This document shows positions 1 through 7,326 of a stretch of 64,000 bases of DNA, piece by piece. Under the pieces are notes generated by a model, which saw only the letters and a list, made by a program, of their open reading frames with translations, had not been told where the DNA came from and did no database searches. Origin of the DNA: Parcubacteria group bacterium (GTDB taxonomy: Bacteria > Patescibacteriota > Microgenomatia > UBA1400 > PJMF01); the NCBI GenBank assembly GCA_943350175.1, contig CALQZX010000002.1:2061-66060 (forward strand). Reading direction: 5' to 3'. Each line of letters opens with the position of its first letter. Within the stretch, counting starts at the first letter, position 1. The translations under genes and the position numbers were made by a program.

Positions 1-888
1 TGTTTGAAGACTTTAGACAGCTCAACACCACCAGAACATGTAATTCCTTATTCATTGGGAGGAAGATTGCAAAGTTTGCTTCTTTGTGACAAATGCAATC
101 ATGAGGTAGGTGCTAAGCTATATGCTTCAATTAAATTTGACTCTTGGGTTAGAAAAGCTGTTTGGGAGCTTAGAAGTGTTTTGCCAAATAAGATTTTTGA
201 GGCAGTTGAAAAAAGACAGAGTTACACAACAAACAGTCCTACTGGAGTAACATTAAAAGCTAAAAAAACTAATTCTGGCATCAGAATTAAACCTCGCTCC
301 ATAGGAACTGAAACTGTATTGCCAACGCAAAACGCAACTAAGTATTTGGAAAAAAAGTTAATAAATGATTTTGGCATTAGCTCTGAAACTGCAAAAAGCT
401 TATCATCTAAAGTTTCAGCAACTCCTAATGGAGAAAAGGTGCAAATATTCAAAGATTTGCACATTGTAAAATGGGATGCTCAGCAATTTAAACCAGATTT
501 TACCAGTAACGGCATTTCCAAAATAAATGCTATGGTTCTCATTGCATTCGAATATTTAGCTTTACTGCTCGGTAAATCAATTTATGATGAATCATTTAAT
601 CCTGTTAGAGAATCAATACTTAATGATTCAGAATTGGTCAAAGTAGAATTTTTTATCTCAAGCAAACCGCAGCCATTTCACTTAATTTATCCAGAATTTG
701 AAAGTGATAAAACGGTAATTTCAATTCACCTGTTTGAATACTCAATTGCAAAAGTCACTTTCAATAAACTTAAAATAAGCAATTCACCAGATTTTTGTTA
801 TCTCGAAGATCTTATAAAACACATAAGTTTAGGCGCTTGGTCAGTTGTGGATGCAAAAGCAAATAAATGGCACGAGTTCGATAATTAA
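1..888 (+). CDS. HNH-endonuclease-domain protein, 5'-partial (frame open from window edge); HNH motif EHVIPYSLGG...CDKCNHEVG near the N-terminus and an unrecognised ~230 aa C-terminal region
   Basis: ORF-track 4..888 begins on TTG and the frame is open from nt 1; HNH signature H-x3-P-x-S-x-GG...C-x2-C-N-x2-K read directly. Confidence 0.5.
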   Translation, partial: CLKTLDSSTPPEHVIPYSLGGRLQSLLLCDKCNHEVGAKLYASIKFDSWVRKAVWELRSVLPNKIFEAVEKRQSYTTNSPTGVTLKAKKTNSGIRIKPRSIGTETVLPTQNATKYLEKKLINDFGISSETAKSLSSKVSATPNGEKVQIFKDLHIVKWDAQQFKPDFTSNGISKINAMVLIAFEYLALLLGKSIYDESFNPVRESILNDSELVKVEFFISSKPQPFHLIYPEFESDKTVISIHLFEYSIAKVTFNKLKISNSPDFCYLEDLIKHISLGAWSVVDAKANKWHEFDN

Positions 889-915
889 CATATCAAAATA
901 TGTCATCAATAAAAC

Positions 916-940
916 AAGACACTTTCTTTTAATGTGTCTT
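916..940 (+). terminator. hairpin aagacac-N11-gtgtctt after the HNH ORF stop
   Basis: 7-bp inverted repeat then a T-rich tail immediately 3' of the stop at 888. Confidence 0.35.
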
Positions 941-954
941 ATTTGTCTCATTCT

Positions 955-983
955 TTGAATAATTGCCTCTAGTAGAGTATATT
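955..983 (+). promoter_or_regulatory. sigma70-like promoter TTGAAT-17-TATATT
   Basis: hexamers with a 17-nt spacer; sits upstream of the GC-rich leader. Confidence 0.35.
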
Positions 984-989
984 GTTATT

Positions 990-1130
990 GTGACGGTTGG
1001 TTCCGACGGAGAGTGCGAAGCACCCTCCTAGTCTCGATGAACGAAGAGAATCGAGTGAGTCCCGCAAAAGCGTGAGAATTGCTAAAGGAGTGAGTGCAAT
1101 TTTGGTTGCGAAATTAAAGCAATTTTTTGA
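990..1130 (+). ncRNA. candidate cis-regulatory leader RNA (riboswitch-like) with mutually exclusive 3' hairpins, upstream of the 1158 gene
   Basis: ~50% GC patch in a 33% GC background; hairpins GUGC-GAA-GCAC, CUCGAU-N11-AUCGAG, CGC-AAAA-GCG; GCAAUUUUGGUUGC (1095-1108) overlaps UUGC-N9-GCAA+U6 (1105-1127). Confidence 0.3.
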
Positions 1131-1157
1131 TTTAGTGTTAAACTAAATATATATTTT

Positions 1158-1877
1158 ATGGAAGATAAAAAAATAGTTTATACAATATTTTCTAAGATTG
1201 TTATAGCTGGTGTTATTTTAACCACTTTTTTGATGTCGATTGTTAATGAAACATTCTCCAATCCTGCTAGGGTTTTTGGAGCGTTTTTAGCTTTACTCGC
1301 CATCTCTTCATTAATTGGGCTGGTTCCGTATTTTATTTTTCGCAATAAGGTTAAGAACCCAAAGATTATAATCTTTGGAATTATTTACATTATTATTGAA
1401 TTACTAATGATAGCTTCCACTATAGAAGTTGCACCTGCTGATATTAGTACAACCAGGCCTATCTGGGTAGATAAATGTGCTAACGGTGGTGATGAAAAAA
1501 AATCAAATTATTGCAACTGCTTATTTGACAGTTTGGTAGAAAAGTATACTTGGGAAAAGTTTTCTAAAATGAGCAGTTCTCCAGAATTGTCTCAATCAAT
1601 GGAGGATCTTGGAAAGAAGTGTTTGCAAAAAGATGGATACATTTTTGATGAGGAATTGAAAGAAACCTATAAAAAATCATACGTTGAGAGCTGTGTTAAT
1701 AAGGGTGCTGACGAAAAAATTTGCATCTGTTATTTCAATTTTCTAATAGAAAAATTAGGTTTAGATGGTTTTGACGAAATGGGAAAAATACTTGATGAAA
1801 AACCAGTAAATTCTCCTGAAGTAAAAAAATATTTAGATATTATTACAGAACAAAAAAGTAAGTGTGGTTCACTATAG
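1158..1877 (+). CDS. membrane protein with 3 N-terminal TM helices and a C-terminal Cys-containing repeat domain; function unknown
   Basis: ATG start; hydrophobic N-terminal segments; repeated C..C...L.EK motifs. Confidence 0.5.
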   Translation: MEDKKIVYTIFSKIVIAGVILTTFLMSIVNETFSNPARVFGAFLALLAISSLIGLVPYFIFRNKVKNPKIIIFGIIYIIIELLMIASTIEVAPADISTTRPIWVDKCANGGDEKKSNYCNCLFDSLVEKYTWEKFSKMSSSPELSQSMEDLGKKCLQKDGYIFDEELKETYKKSYVESCVNKGADEKICICYFNFLIEKLGLDGFDEMGKILDEKPVNSPEVKKYLDIITEQKSKCGSL

Positions 1878-2403
1878 TAAAGAACATAAATTTGATAAAC
1901 AAGCTTATCTCATCTCTGTAGACCATGAGCTTCAATGGAATGTTAAATTATTGAAGACAAATCGACTGCGTTCTCTCATGATCAAAATTATAGAAAAATC
2001 CTCAATTGATTTGATTGGAGAAGAATTTTCTAGAGAAGCAATTAATACATTACCAAATAATGTAAAAAAAACCATCTCTCAAAAAATTGCTAATAAATTT
2101 AATATAAAGCATTGTTTTTGTGATCCGGATGAGAAAACTAGAAACATAATTGGCTATCCAACACAAGTAAAATTAAGAAACATGTTTGGTTTTAAATCTG
2201 CTATTGAGGGAACGGAAGAATATAATACAAGAAAAAAATACGAAAAAAGCTTTTTTCACATAAGAGAAAAATATTGGTTAGAGCAAATTAACAATTTATA
2301 TGTTCATAATATTATTTTTATATGTGGTTTCGATCATTTAGAAAATTTTAAATCTATCCTATTTAGAAATGGATACATCACTTCAACTGAAACATTAAAA
2401 TAA
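1864..2403 (+). CDS. hypothetical protein (GTG start per ORF track; start uncertain)
   Basis: 179-aa ORF overlapping the previous stop by 14 nt; no recognisable motif. Confidence 0.35.
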   Translation: MVHYSKEHKFDKQAYLISVDHELQWNVKLLKTNRLRSLMIKIIEKSSIDLIGEEFSREAINTLPNNVKKTISQKIANKFNIKHCFCDPDEKTRNIIGYPTQVKLRNMFGFKSAIEGTEEYNTRKKYEKSFFHIREKYWLEQINNLYVHNIIFICGFDHLENFKSILFRNGYITSTETLK

Positions 2404-2452
2404 ATTCTTTTTATATCTTTCTTCAAGTTACTTTCAGGTATACAATAGTCAT

Positions 2453-3037
2453 ATGTTAAAGAAACATATTGTTGTATCTTTCTTTTTTCTTACCTTCTTT
2501 CTTTTAAATAGTGTTTCAGTTATTTTTGCTCATCCTGGGAATACTGCTGCAGATGGTTGCCACTATTGCAGAACTAATTGTGCTAAATGGGGAGTCCCTG
2601 AAAATGAAAGGCATTGTCATGGAGGATCTTCATCATCTGAGAAAGCTCCTGAAATAACAGCCGCTCCAAAACCAAAATACACATCAACTCCTAAGCCAAC
2701 TTACACTCCAAAACCAACAATAATTCCTACTTACACCAAAATACCTACTCCAACTCAAAAACTAACTAAAGCAATTATTAATTGTTCAGCGACTAAAGAT
2801 TCAAAATGTCCAAGTAAATGTAGTGCTGGTAATGATGCTGATTGTTGTGAACAAAATCTAGTTAATTACACTTGGTATGAAAATTATGGTTGTTACCCAA
2901 AACAAGAAGTTCAATGTTCTGGCATAGCTGACAATATCTGTCCAAGCAATTGTGATAATGGTTGGGATGCAGATTGTTGTGAACAGAATTTAACTGGTTA
3001 TAAATGGTATGAGAATTGGGGATGCTATGAAGAGTAA
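2453..3037 (+). CDS. secreted cysteine-rich repeat protein (signal peptide, Pro/Thr linker, two CPS.C...DADCCEQNL..Y.WYEN.GCY repeats)
   Basis: hydrophobic N-terminus; PKPTYTPKPT linker; duplicated Cys module. Confidence 0.55.
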   Translation: MLKKHIVVSFFFLTFFLLNSVSVIFAHPGNTAADGCHYCRTNCAKWGVPENERHCHGGSSSSEKAPEITAAPKPKYTSTPKPTYTPKPTIIPTYTKIPTPTQKLTKAIINCSATKDSKCPSKCSAGNDADCCEQNLVNYTWYENYGCYPKQEVQCSGIADNICPSNCDNGWDADCCEQNLTGYKWYENWGCYEE

Positions 3038-3072
3038 TACTAAAATATATTTGGAAATAATATAATATACCC

Positions 3073-4236
3073 ATGCAAAAACTTTCAGACAAAACAGAGT
3101 TTATTTTAGCTTTCGCTGCATTGGTGCTAGGGTTATCAGGTATTAGTTCAGGTATACGCGACGTAAGGGTAAATCTAGGATTTAGTACTCATAGTCTATG
3201 GGAACTAGGGTTGGTGGTTTTTTCTCTATTGTTCTTTTCGATTTATCTTTATGCACTTGACTCCATAAGATATGGGATTTCTGTCATAGAAGACTGGAAG
3301 ATTTTCAAGCTCTTGAAGCGTGTAGCTGACATATCTTATTTGTTGGCGATAATGTTCCCGCTTCTTATATTTTTTATCTGGCTTGGAGTATTAGCATTAA
3401 ACCATATACCTGTTAAATATCTTAGAGATAACATAAGTACAATATCGGCTATATTTTCAATTTTGAGTACTTTATTTTCTTTAATATCTTCTTGGAAACA
3501 TTTGCAGGAGAAGGAGAAGATTGTCTATGAAAAGATTGATGAAAAAACATCACAGTTAATACTTGAAACTAATAAACTCTTAGAAAGAAAGGATTGGAGA
3601 CTTGCTGTTATAGAAGCCTTTAGATTATTGGAGTTGATGTTTAAAGATAAGGCTTTAGATATTGGAATTGATACAAACAAACTGCCTTTTGTGAGATTAA
3701 TTCATGTTTTTGTTGACAAGGAAATTCTTAATAAACCTCAAGCTGCTAAATTAGATCACGTGCGTGAATTGAGGAATCTAGCGGTTCATTCAAGCGAAAA
3801 GATTACAAAAGAGCAAGCAGCATTTGTAACCGACGTAATAGGTGAAGTAACTAAAAGTTTATCTTCAACTAGGTTTATAGGCGGTTACTTTGAGGGAAAT
3901 GTAATGGACGCTTTAAGTAAACTTTTTCCTAAACATCACATATTTCCACAATATAACCTTGGTAATGGTAATAGGGCAGATTTTATGGCGGAAGGACCAA
4001 GACATAATTATTATGTAGAAGTTAAAATGGTTGAATCTGGCTCATTGGTTCGAAGAGCATTCAGACAGCTTCACTCAACACTCGGAGAAAAAGACAGGGG
4101 TATTCTAGTTCTCCCAATAGAAGCAGAGCAGATAGTAAGTGAAGATTCGAGGATAAAAATTGCGTATTTTGATATACAAAATGGAGAGTTTGCTAATCAA
4201 CAGATCATATACAACTGGATCTACAATAAACATTAG
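3073..4236 (+). CDS. membrane-anchored DUF4145-like protein with a C-terminal Mrr/PD-(D/E)xK-like nuclease motif; candidate abortive-infection/defence protein
   Basis: 4 N-terminal TM segments; KLDHVRELRNLAVHSS matches the DUF4145 core; GNGNRADFMAEG...YYVEVK resembles an Mrr catalytic D...(E/Q)xK. Confidence 0.5.
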   Translation: MQKLSDKTEFILAFAALVLGLSGISSGIRDVRVNLGFSTHSLWELGLVVFSLLFFSIYLYALDSIRYGISVIEDWKIFKLLKRVADISYLLAIMFPLLIFFIWLGVLALNHIPVKYLRDNISTISAIFSILSTLFSLISSWKHLQEKEKIVYEKIDEKTSQLILETNKLLERKDWRLAVIEAFRLLELMFKDKALDIGIDTNKLPFVRLIHVFVDKEILNKPQAAKLDHVRELRNLAVHSSEKITKEQAAFVTDVIGEVTKSLSSTRFIGGYFEGNVMDALSKLFPKHHIFPQYNLGNGNRADFMAEGPRHNYYVEVKMVESGSLVRRAFRQLHSTLGEKDRGILVLPIEAEQIVSEDSRIKIAYFDIQNGEFANQQIIYNWIYNKH

Positions 4237-4245
4237 AAGGCGAGA

Positions 4246-4272
4246 AGGATATCGCTTCTTTATTCGTTTTCA
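4246..4272 (+). terminator. hairpin GCGA-N8-UCGC with flanking pairs, then U-rich tail
   Basis: inverted repeat immediately after the 4236 stop. Confidence 0.3.
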
Positions 4273-4462
4273 TATAACTTGCCTAGTCTGTTCGTCGGAA
4301 TTTATCTATCGTTCTGACACGACAATCTTCCCAAGGTAAAATATTAAATTCTTGATCTCCGTTCGTAAATAACTCCCTAATCTCCTCTATAACCGTGAGT
4401 TTAAAATCTTTTTGTGAATAATAATTACCCAAATAACTCCCAATCTCTGTTAAACTACTCCT

Positions 4463-4762
4463 ATGCAATATCCCACTAAACAAGACAAAGAACTCATCCT
4501 CGCCATCTCCACTCTAAAGGACCCCAACGAAGTCGCCGGCTTTCTCCGCGATCTCCTCACCCCAGCCGAAATTGGCGAATTCTCCCGCCGCTTCCAAATC
4601 GCTAAACTCCTCTGGACCACCACCTTACCTTACCTAGACATTGCTGAAAAAGTCGGCGTCAGCACCACCACCGTCACCAGAGTAGCCCAGTGGCTTTACA
4701 AGGAATCTTTCCAAGGCTATTTCAAAGTTCTCACCCGTCTCTACGGCAATTCTAAAAGATAA
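4463..4762 (+). CDS. TrpR-like YerC/YecD-family DNA-binding protein
   Basis: 99 aa; helix-turn-helix segment IAEKVGVSTTTVTRVAQ typical of the YerC/TrpR family; codons notably GC-rich versus the flanks. Confidence 0.55.
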   Translation: MQYPTKQDKELILAISTLKDPNEVAGFLRDLLTPAEIGEFSRRFQIAKLLWTTTLPYLDIAEKVGVSTTTVTRVAQWLYKESFQGYFKVLTRLYGNSKR

Positions 4763-4798
4763 AATCACCCCAATACTTTGCAAAAATTTGCAATACTC

Positions 4799-4820
4799 AC
4801 ATGTTAACGTATTAACATGT
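4799..4820 (+). promoter_or_regulatory. perfect 9-bp inverted repeat ACATGTTAA-CGTA-TTAACATGT (operator-like) abutting the -35
   Basis: read directly; a second palindrome TTGCAAA/TTTGCAA at 4778-4793 is flanked by CAATACT direct repeats. Confidence 0.45.
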
Positions 4821-4848
4821 TGACACGCAATCATTCTTCATTTATAAT
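4820..4848 (+). promoter_or_regulatory. sigma70 promoter TTGACA-17-TATAAT for the his leader/operon
   Basis: consensus hexamers with a 17-nt spacer. Confidence 0.55.
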
Positions 4849-4854
4849 AATCTC

Positions 4855-5040
4855 TACAATTTAATATAAAAGCGTTTGTACTGGCGTCACGACCCAGGAG
4901 CTGAGAGCCAAATACTCTACGGAATTTTTCTAAGCCGTATAAAGAAGAAAAGCCGATGTCGCATTTGCGGAGCCGGCCTGAGAGCTTAAAAGAGCAATAC
5001 TTTTAGGAATAAAGGATGGGACCGCGGGAGGTCCTTTTTT
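4855..5040 (+). ncRNA. T-box-like leader (presumed tRNA-His-responsive) ending in an intrinsic terminator
   Basis: AAUAAAGGAUGGGACCGCGG at 5008-5027 versus T-box consensus AAUUAGGGUGGNACCGCGG (1 mismatch); then GGACC-GCGGGA-GGUCC + U6 (5018-5040); a second similar hairpin GGGAGG-U6AUU-GCCUCC lies at 5102-5123. Confidence 0.5.
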
Positions 5041-5142
5041 ATTGCCTCTCGTTCCTTTTTGATCATGTCTAGCTATGGCTGGATATTGTTCGGAAAGTAA
5101 CGGGAGGTTTTTTATTGCCTCCTCATGATTTTTATGCAAAAT

Positions 5143-6015
5143 ATGAACAAAAAAAATCTAAAACTAGCTATACAAAAAAGTGGTCGTCTCACCGATGACA
5201 CCCTTAATCTTTTGCGTAGTGCTGGCCTAGAATTTGAAAGCTACAAATCCAAATTATTTTCTAGCTGCAGAAATTTCCCTTTGGAAATTGTCTATCTGCG
5301 CGATGATGATATTCCTGATTACGTGGCTTCTGGCAGCGTGGATATTGGCATCGTTGGGCAGAATTTGATCTATGAAGAACGACCCGCAAATGTCCAGAAA
5401 CTTTTAAATTTACCTTTTGGTTTTTGTACTCTAACTTTAGCCGTGCCCAAAGAATCCACCGTCCAAACTCTAGCTGATCTAAATGGCCAAACCATTGCCA
5501 CCACTTATCCAAATTCGACCAAGGATTTTTTCAAGCAAAATGAGCTAAGCGTGGAGACCATCAAAATCACCGGCTCAGTAGAAATTGCCCCAATGTTGGG
5601 TGTGGCCGAAGCGATTGCCGATCTCACTGCCACTGGTAGCACCATGGCCCTTAATGATCTGCGTCCTTTGGCCAAAATTTATGATTCGCAGGCGGTCTTA
5701 ATTGCTAATGAATCGTGCATGTTGTCTGCCAGCAAAAAACAGCTCATCGATTGTTTATTGGTGCGTTTCCAAGGCGTTCTTTCAGCCAAGAATTACAAAT
5801 ACGTGATGATGAATGCTCCAGCAGAAATTCTGCCCCAGCTCAAAGCAATTACGCCAGGTTTGAAGTCTCCTACCGTTGCGAACTTAGCAGAGCCCGGCTG
5901 GATTTCCGTACAAACCGTCATCAAAGAAGATACTTTTTGGGAAACCATTGAGAAACTAAAACTCGCTGGGGCTAGTGGCATTATTATTTTACCGATCGAA
6001 AAAATTATTTTATAA
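5143..6015 (+). CDS. hisG: ATP phosphoribosyltransferase, long form
   Basis: LKLAIQKSGRL N-terminus and ~290 aa length; alternative upstream ATGs at 5125/5134. Confidence 0.85.
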   Translation: MNKKNLKLAIQKSGRLTDDTLNLLRSAGLEFESYKSKLFSSCRNFPLEIVYLRDDDIPDYVASGSVDIGIVGQNLIYEERPANVQKLLNLPFGFCTLTLAVPKESTVQTLADLNGQTIATTYPNSTKDFFKQNELSVETIKITGSVEIAPMLGVAEAIADLTATGSTMALNDLRPLAKIYDSQAVLIANESCMLSASKKQLIDCLLVRFQGVLSAKNYKYVMMNAPAEILPQLKAITPGLKSPTVANLAEPGWISVQTVIKEDTFWETIEKLKLAGASGIIILPIEKIIL

Positions 6016-6026
6016 GAAAGGCTTTT

Positions 6027-7319
6027 ATGCAAGCAATTAAACTCAAAAATTTATCCCCCAAGGATTACCAAAGAATCATGGCACGTTCTGCCGGCGACGA
6101 TCGCACGATCATGCCACAGGTCAGAAAAACCATGGAATTAGTCAAACAAACTGGCGACGAGGCTTTATATGCTGATGCCGCTAAACGTTTCGCTGGTCAA
6201 AACTTCACTTCCATCAAAGTGACTAGAGCAGAAATCGAGCAAGCTTACCAGGAAGTGGATCAAGATTTTATCGATTCCATTCGTCAGATGATCAAAAACA
6301 TCACTGCCGTTCAAGCTGCGCAATTGCCAAAGAAAAAAGATCGCTTAGTCCAGCCAGAAACTGGCGTTAGTGTTTGGCGAGAATGGCGTGCCATTGAAAA
6401 AGTTGGTCTCTACATTCCAGGTGGCAAAGCCATTTATCCCTCCTCAGTTTTGATGAGTGCTATTCCAGCCCAGATCGCGGGTTGCAAGGAGATTGTGATG
6501 TGTTCACCTGCCAGAGGCACTGGTCAGATTCCTGCCCCAACTCTAGTGGCGGCTGACATGATTGGTTTGACCGAGATTTTTAAATTAGGTGGCCCACTGG
6601 CGATTGCGGCCATGACTTATGGCACCGCTACAGTTCCCAAAGTCTCCAAGATTTTTGGAGCTGGTGGCGCTGCTGTGACCGCGGCCAAAATGCTAGCTTT
6701 GGAAACGATCAGTATTGATATGCCGGCTGGTCCTTCAGAAGTTTTTGTCATCGCTGACGAAACTGCCAACCCTGCTTTCATTGCTGCCGATTTATTAGCC
6801 GATGGAGAACACGGAAATGATTCAGCTTGTGTCTTAGTCACCACTTCAGAGCGTATCGCGGAGGAAACTATTTTGGAAATTGAAAAACAAGTTCCTCAAT
6901 TAGCCACCGCAGCGCGTCTCACAGAATCTTTGGAGAAGTTTGGTTTGGTTGCAGTTGTTGAAACACTCGCAGAAGCGATTGCTTTTGCCAATGAATATGC
7001 GCCAGAACACATTGAGATTATGACCCAAGATCCAGAGGCGGTGGTTACTGAAATTACTAATGCCGGCTCGGTCTTTCTGGGCAACTGGACTGCCAAATCA
7101 GCTGGCGATTATGCCACTGGGGCGAACCACGTTTTACCCACAGGTGGCATGGCCAAGATGTATCCACCTCTAGGCGTTGACTGCTATGGCAAATGGATGC
7201 AGGTGCAGAGATGCACTAAGGCAGGCCTAGGAAAAATTAGAAAAACTATCGAAACCTTGGCGACGATAGAGGAGCTGCCAGCTCACAAAGTGGCCTCCGA
7301 GATTAGATTTAGAAAGTAA
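6027..7319 (+). CDS. hisD: histidinol dehydrogenase
   Basis: 430 aa; HisD-like over its length; sits between hisG and hisC. Confidence 0.85.
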   Translation: MQAIKLKNLSPKDYQRIMARSAGDDRTIMPQVRKTMELVKQTGDEALYADAAKRFAGQNFTSIKVTRAEIEQAYQEVDQDFIDSIRQMIKNITAVQAAQLPKKKDRLVQPETGVSVWREWRAIEKVGLYIPGGKAIYPSSVLMSAIPAQIAGCKEIVMCSPARGTGQIPAPTLVAADMIGLTEIFKLGGPLAIAAMTYGTATVPKVSKIFGAGGAAVTAAKMLALETISIDMPAGPSEVFVIADETANPAFIAADLLADGEHGNDSACVLVTTSERIAEETILEIEKQVPQLATAARLTESLEKFGLVAVVETLAEAIAFANEYAPEHIEIMTQDPEAVVTEITNAGSVFLGNWTAKSAGDYATGANHVLPTGGMAKMYPPLGVDCYGKWMQVQRCTKAGLGKIRKTIETLATIEELPAHKVASEIRFRK

Positions 7320-7326
7320 AAAATAT

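Noticed and set aside
1000-1030. Resemblance of UUCCGACGGAGAGUGCGAAGCACCC to the 5' tRNA-like region of tmRNA (UUCGACGGG...GCGAAACCC)
   Set aside because: The element is only ~150 nt. It has no tag-peptide reading frame ending in Ala-Ala-stop, no 3' TΨC-like arm or CCA-adjacent acceptor partner, and no long closing helix. It is more likely a cis-regulatory leader.
4283-4483. 66-aa minus-strand ORF upstream of the YerC-like gene
   Set aside because: No RBS or recognisable domain. It overlaps the intergenic terminator region of the 3073-4236 gene and is likely non-coding.
4855-5124. Classical his attenuator (leader peptide with a run of His codons)
   Set aside because: No short ORF with consecutive CAC/CAT codons occurs in the leader. 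The T-box-like motif and terminator are a better explanation.
5261-5512. Minus-strand ORFs inside hisG and hisD (5261-5512, 5793-6032, 6617-6844, 6896-7096, 7572-7832, 8287-8678, 9456-9716, 9844-10068)
   Set aside because: All are antisense to conserved his genes with strong homology-like signatures on the plus strand. They are typical shadow ORFs.
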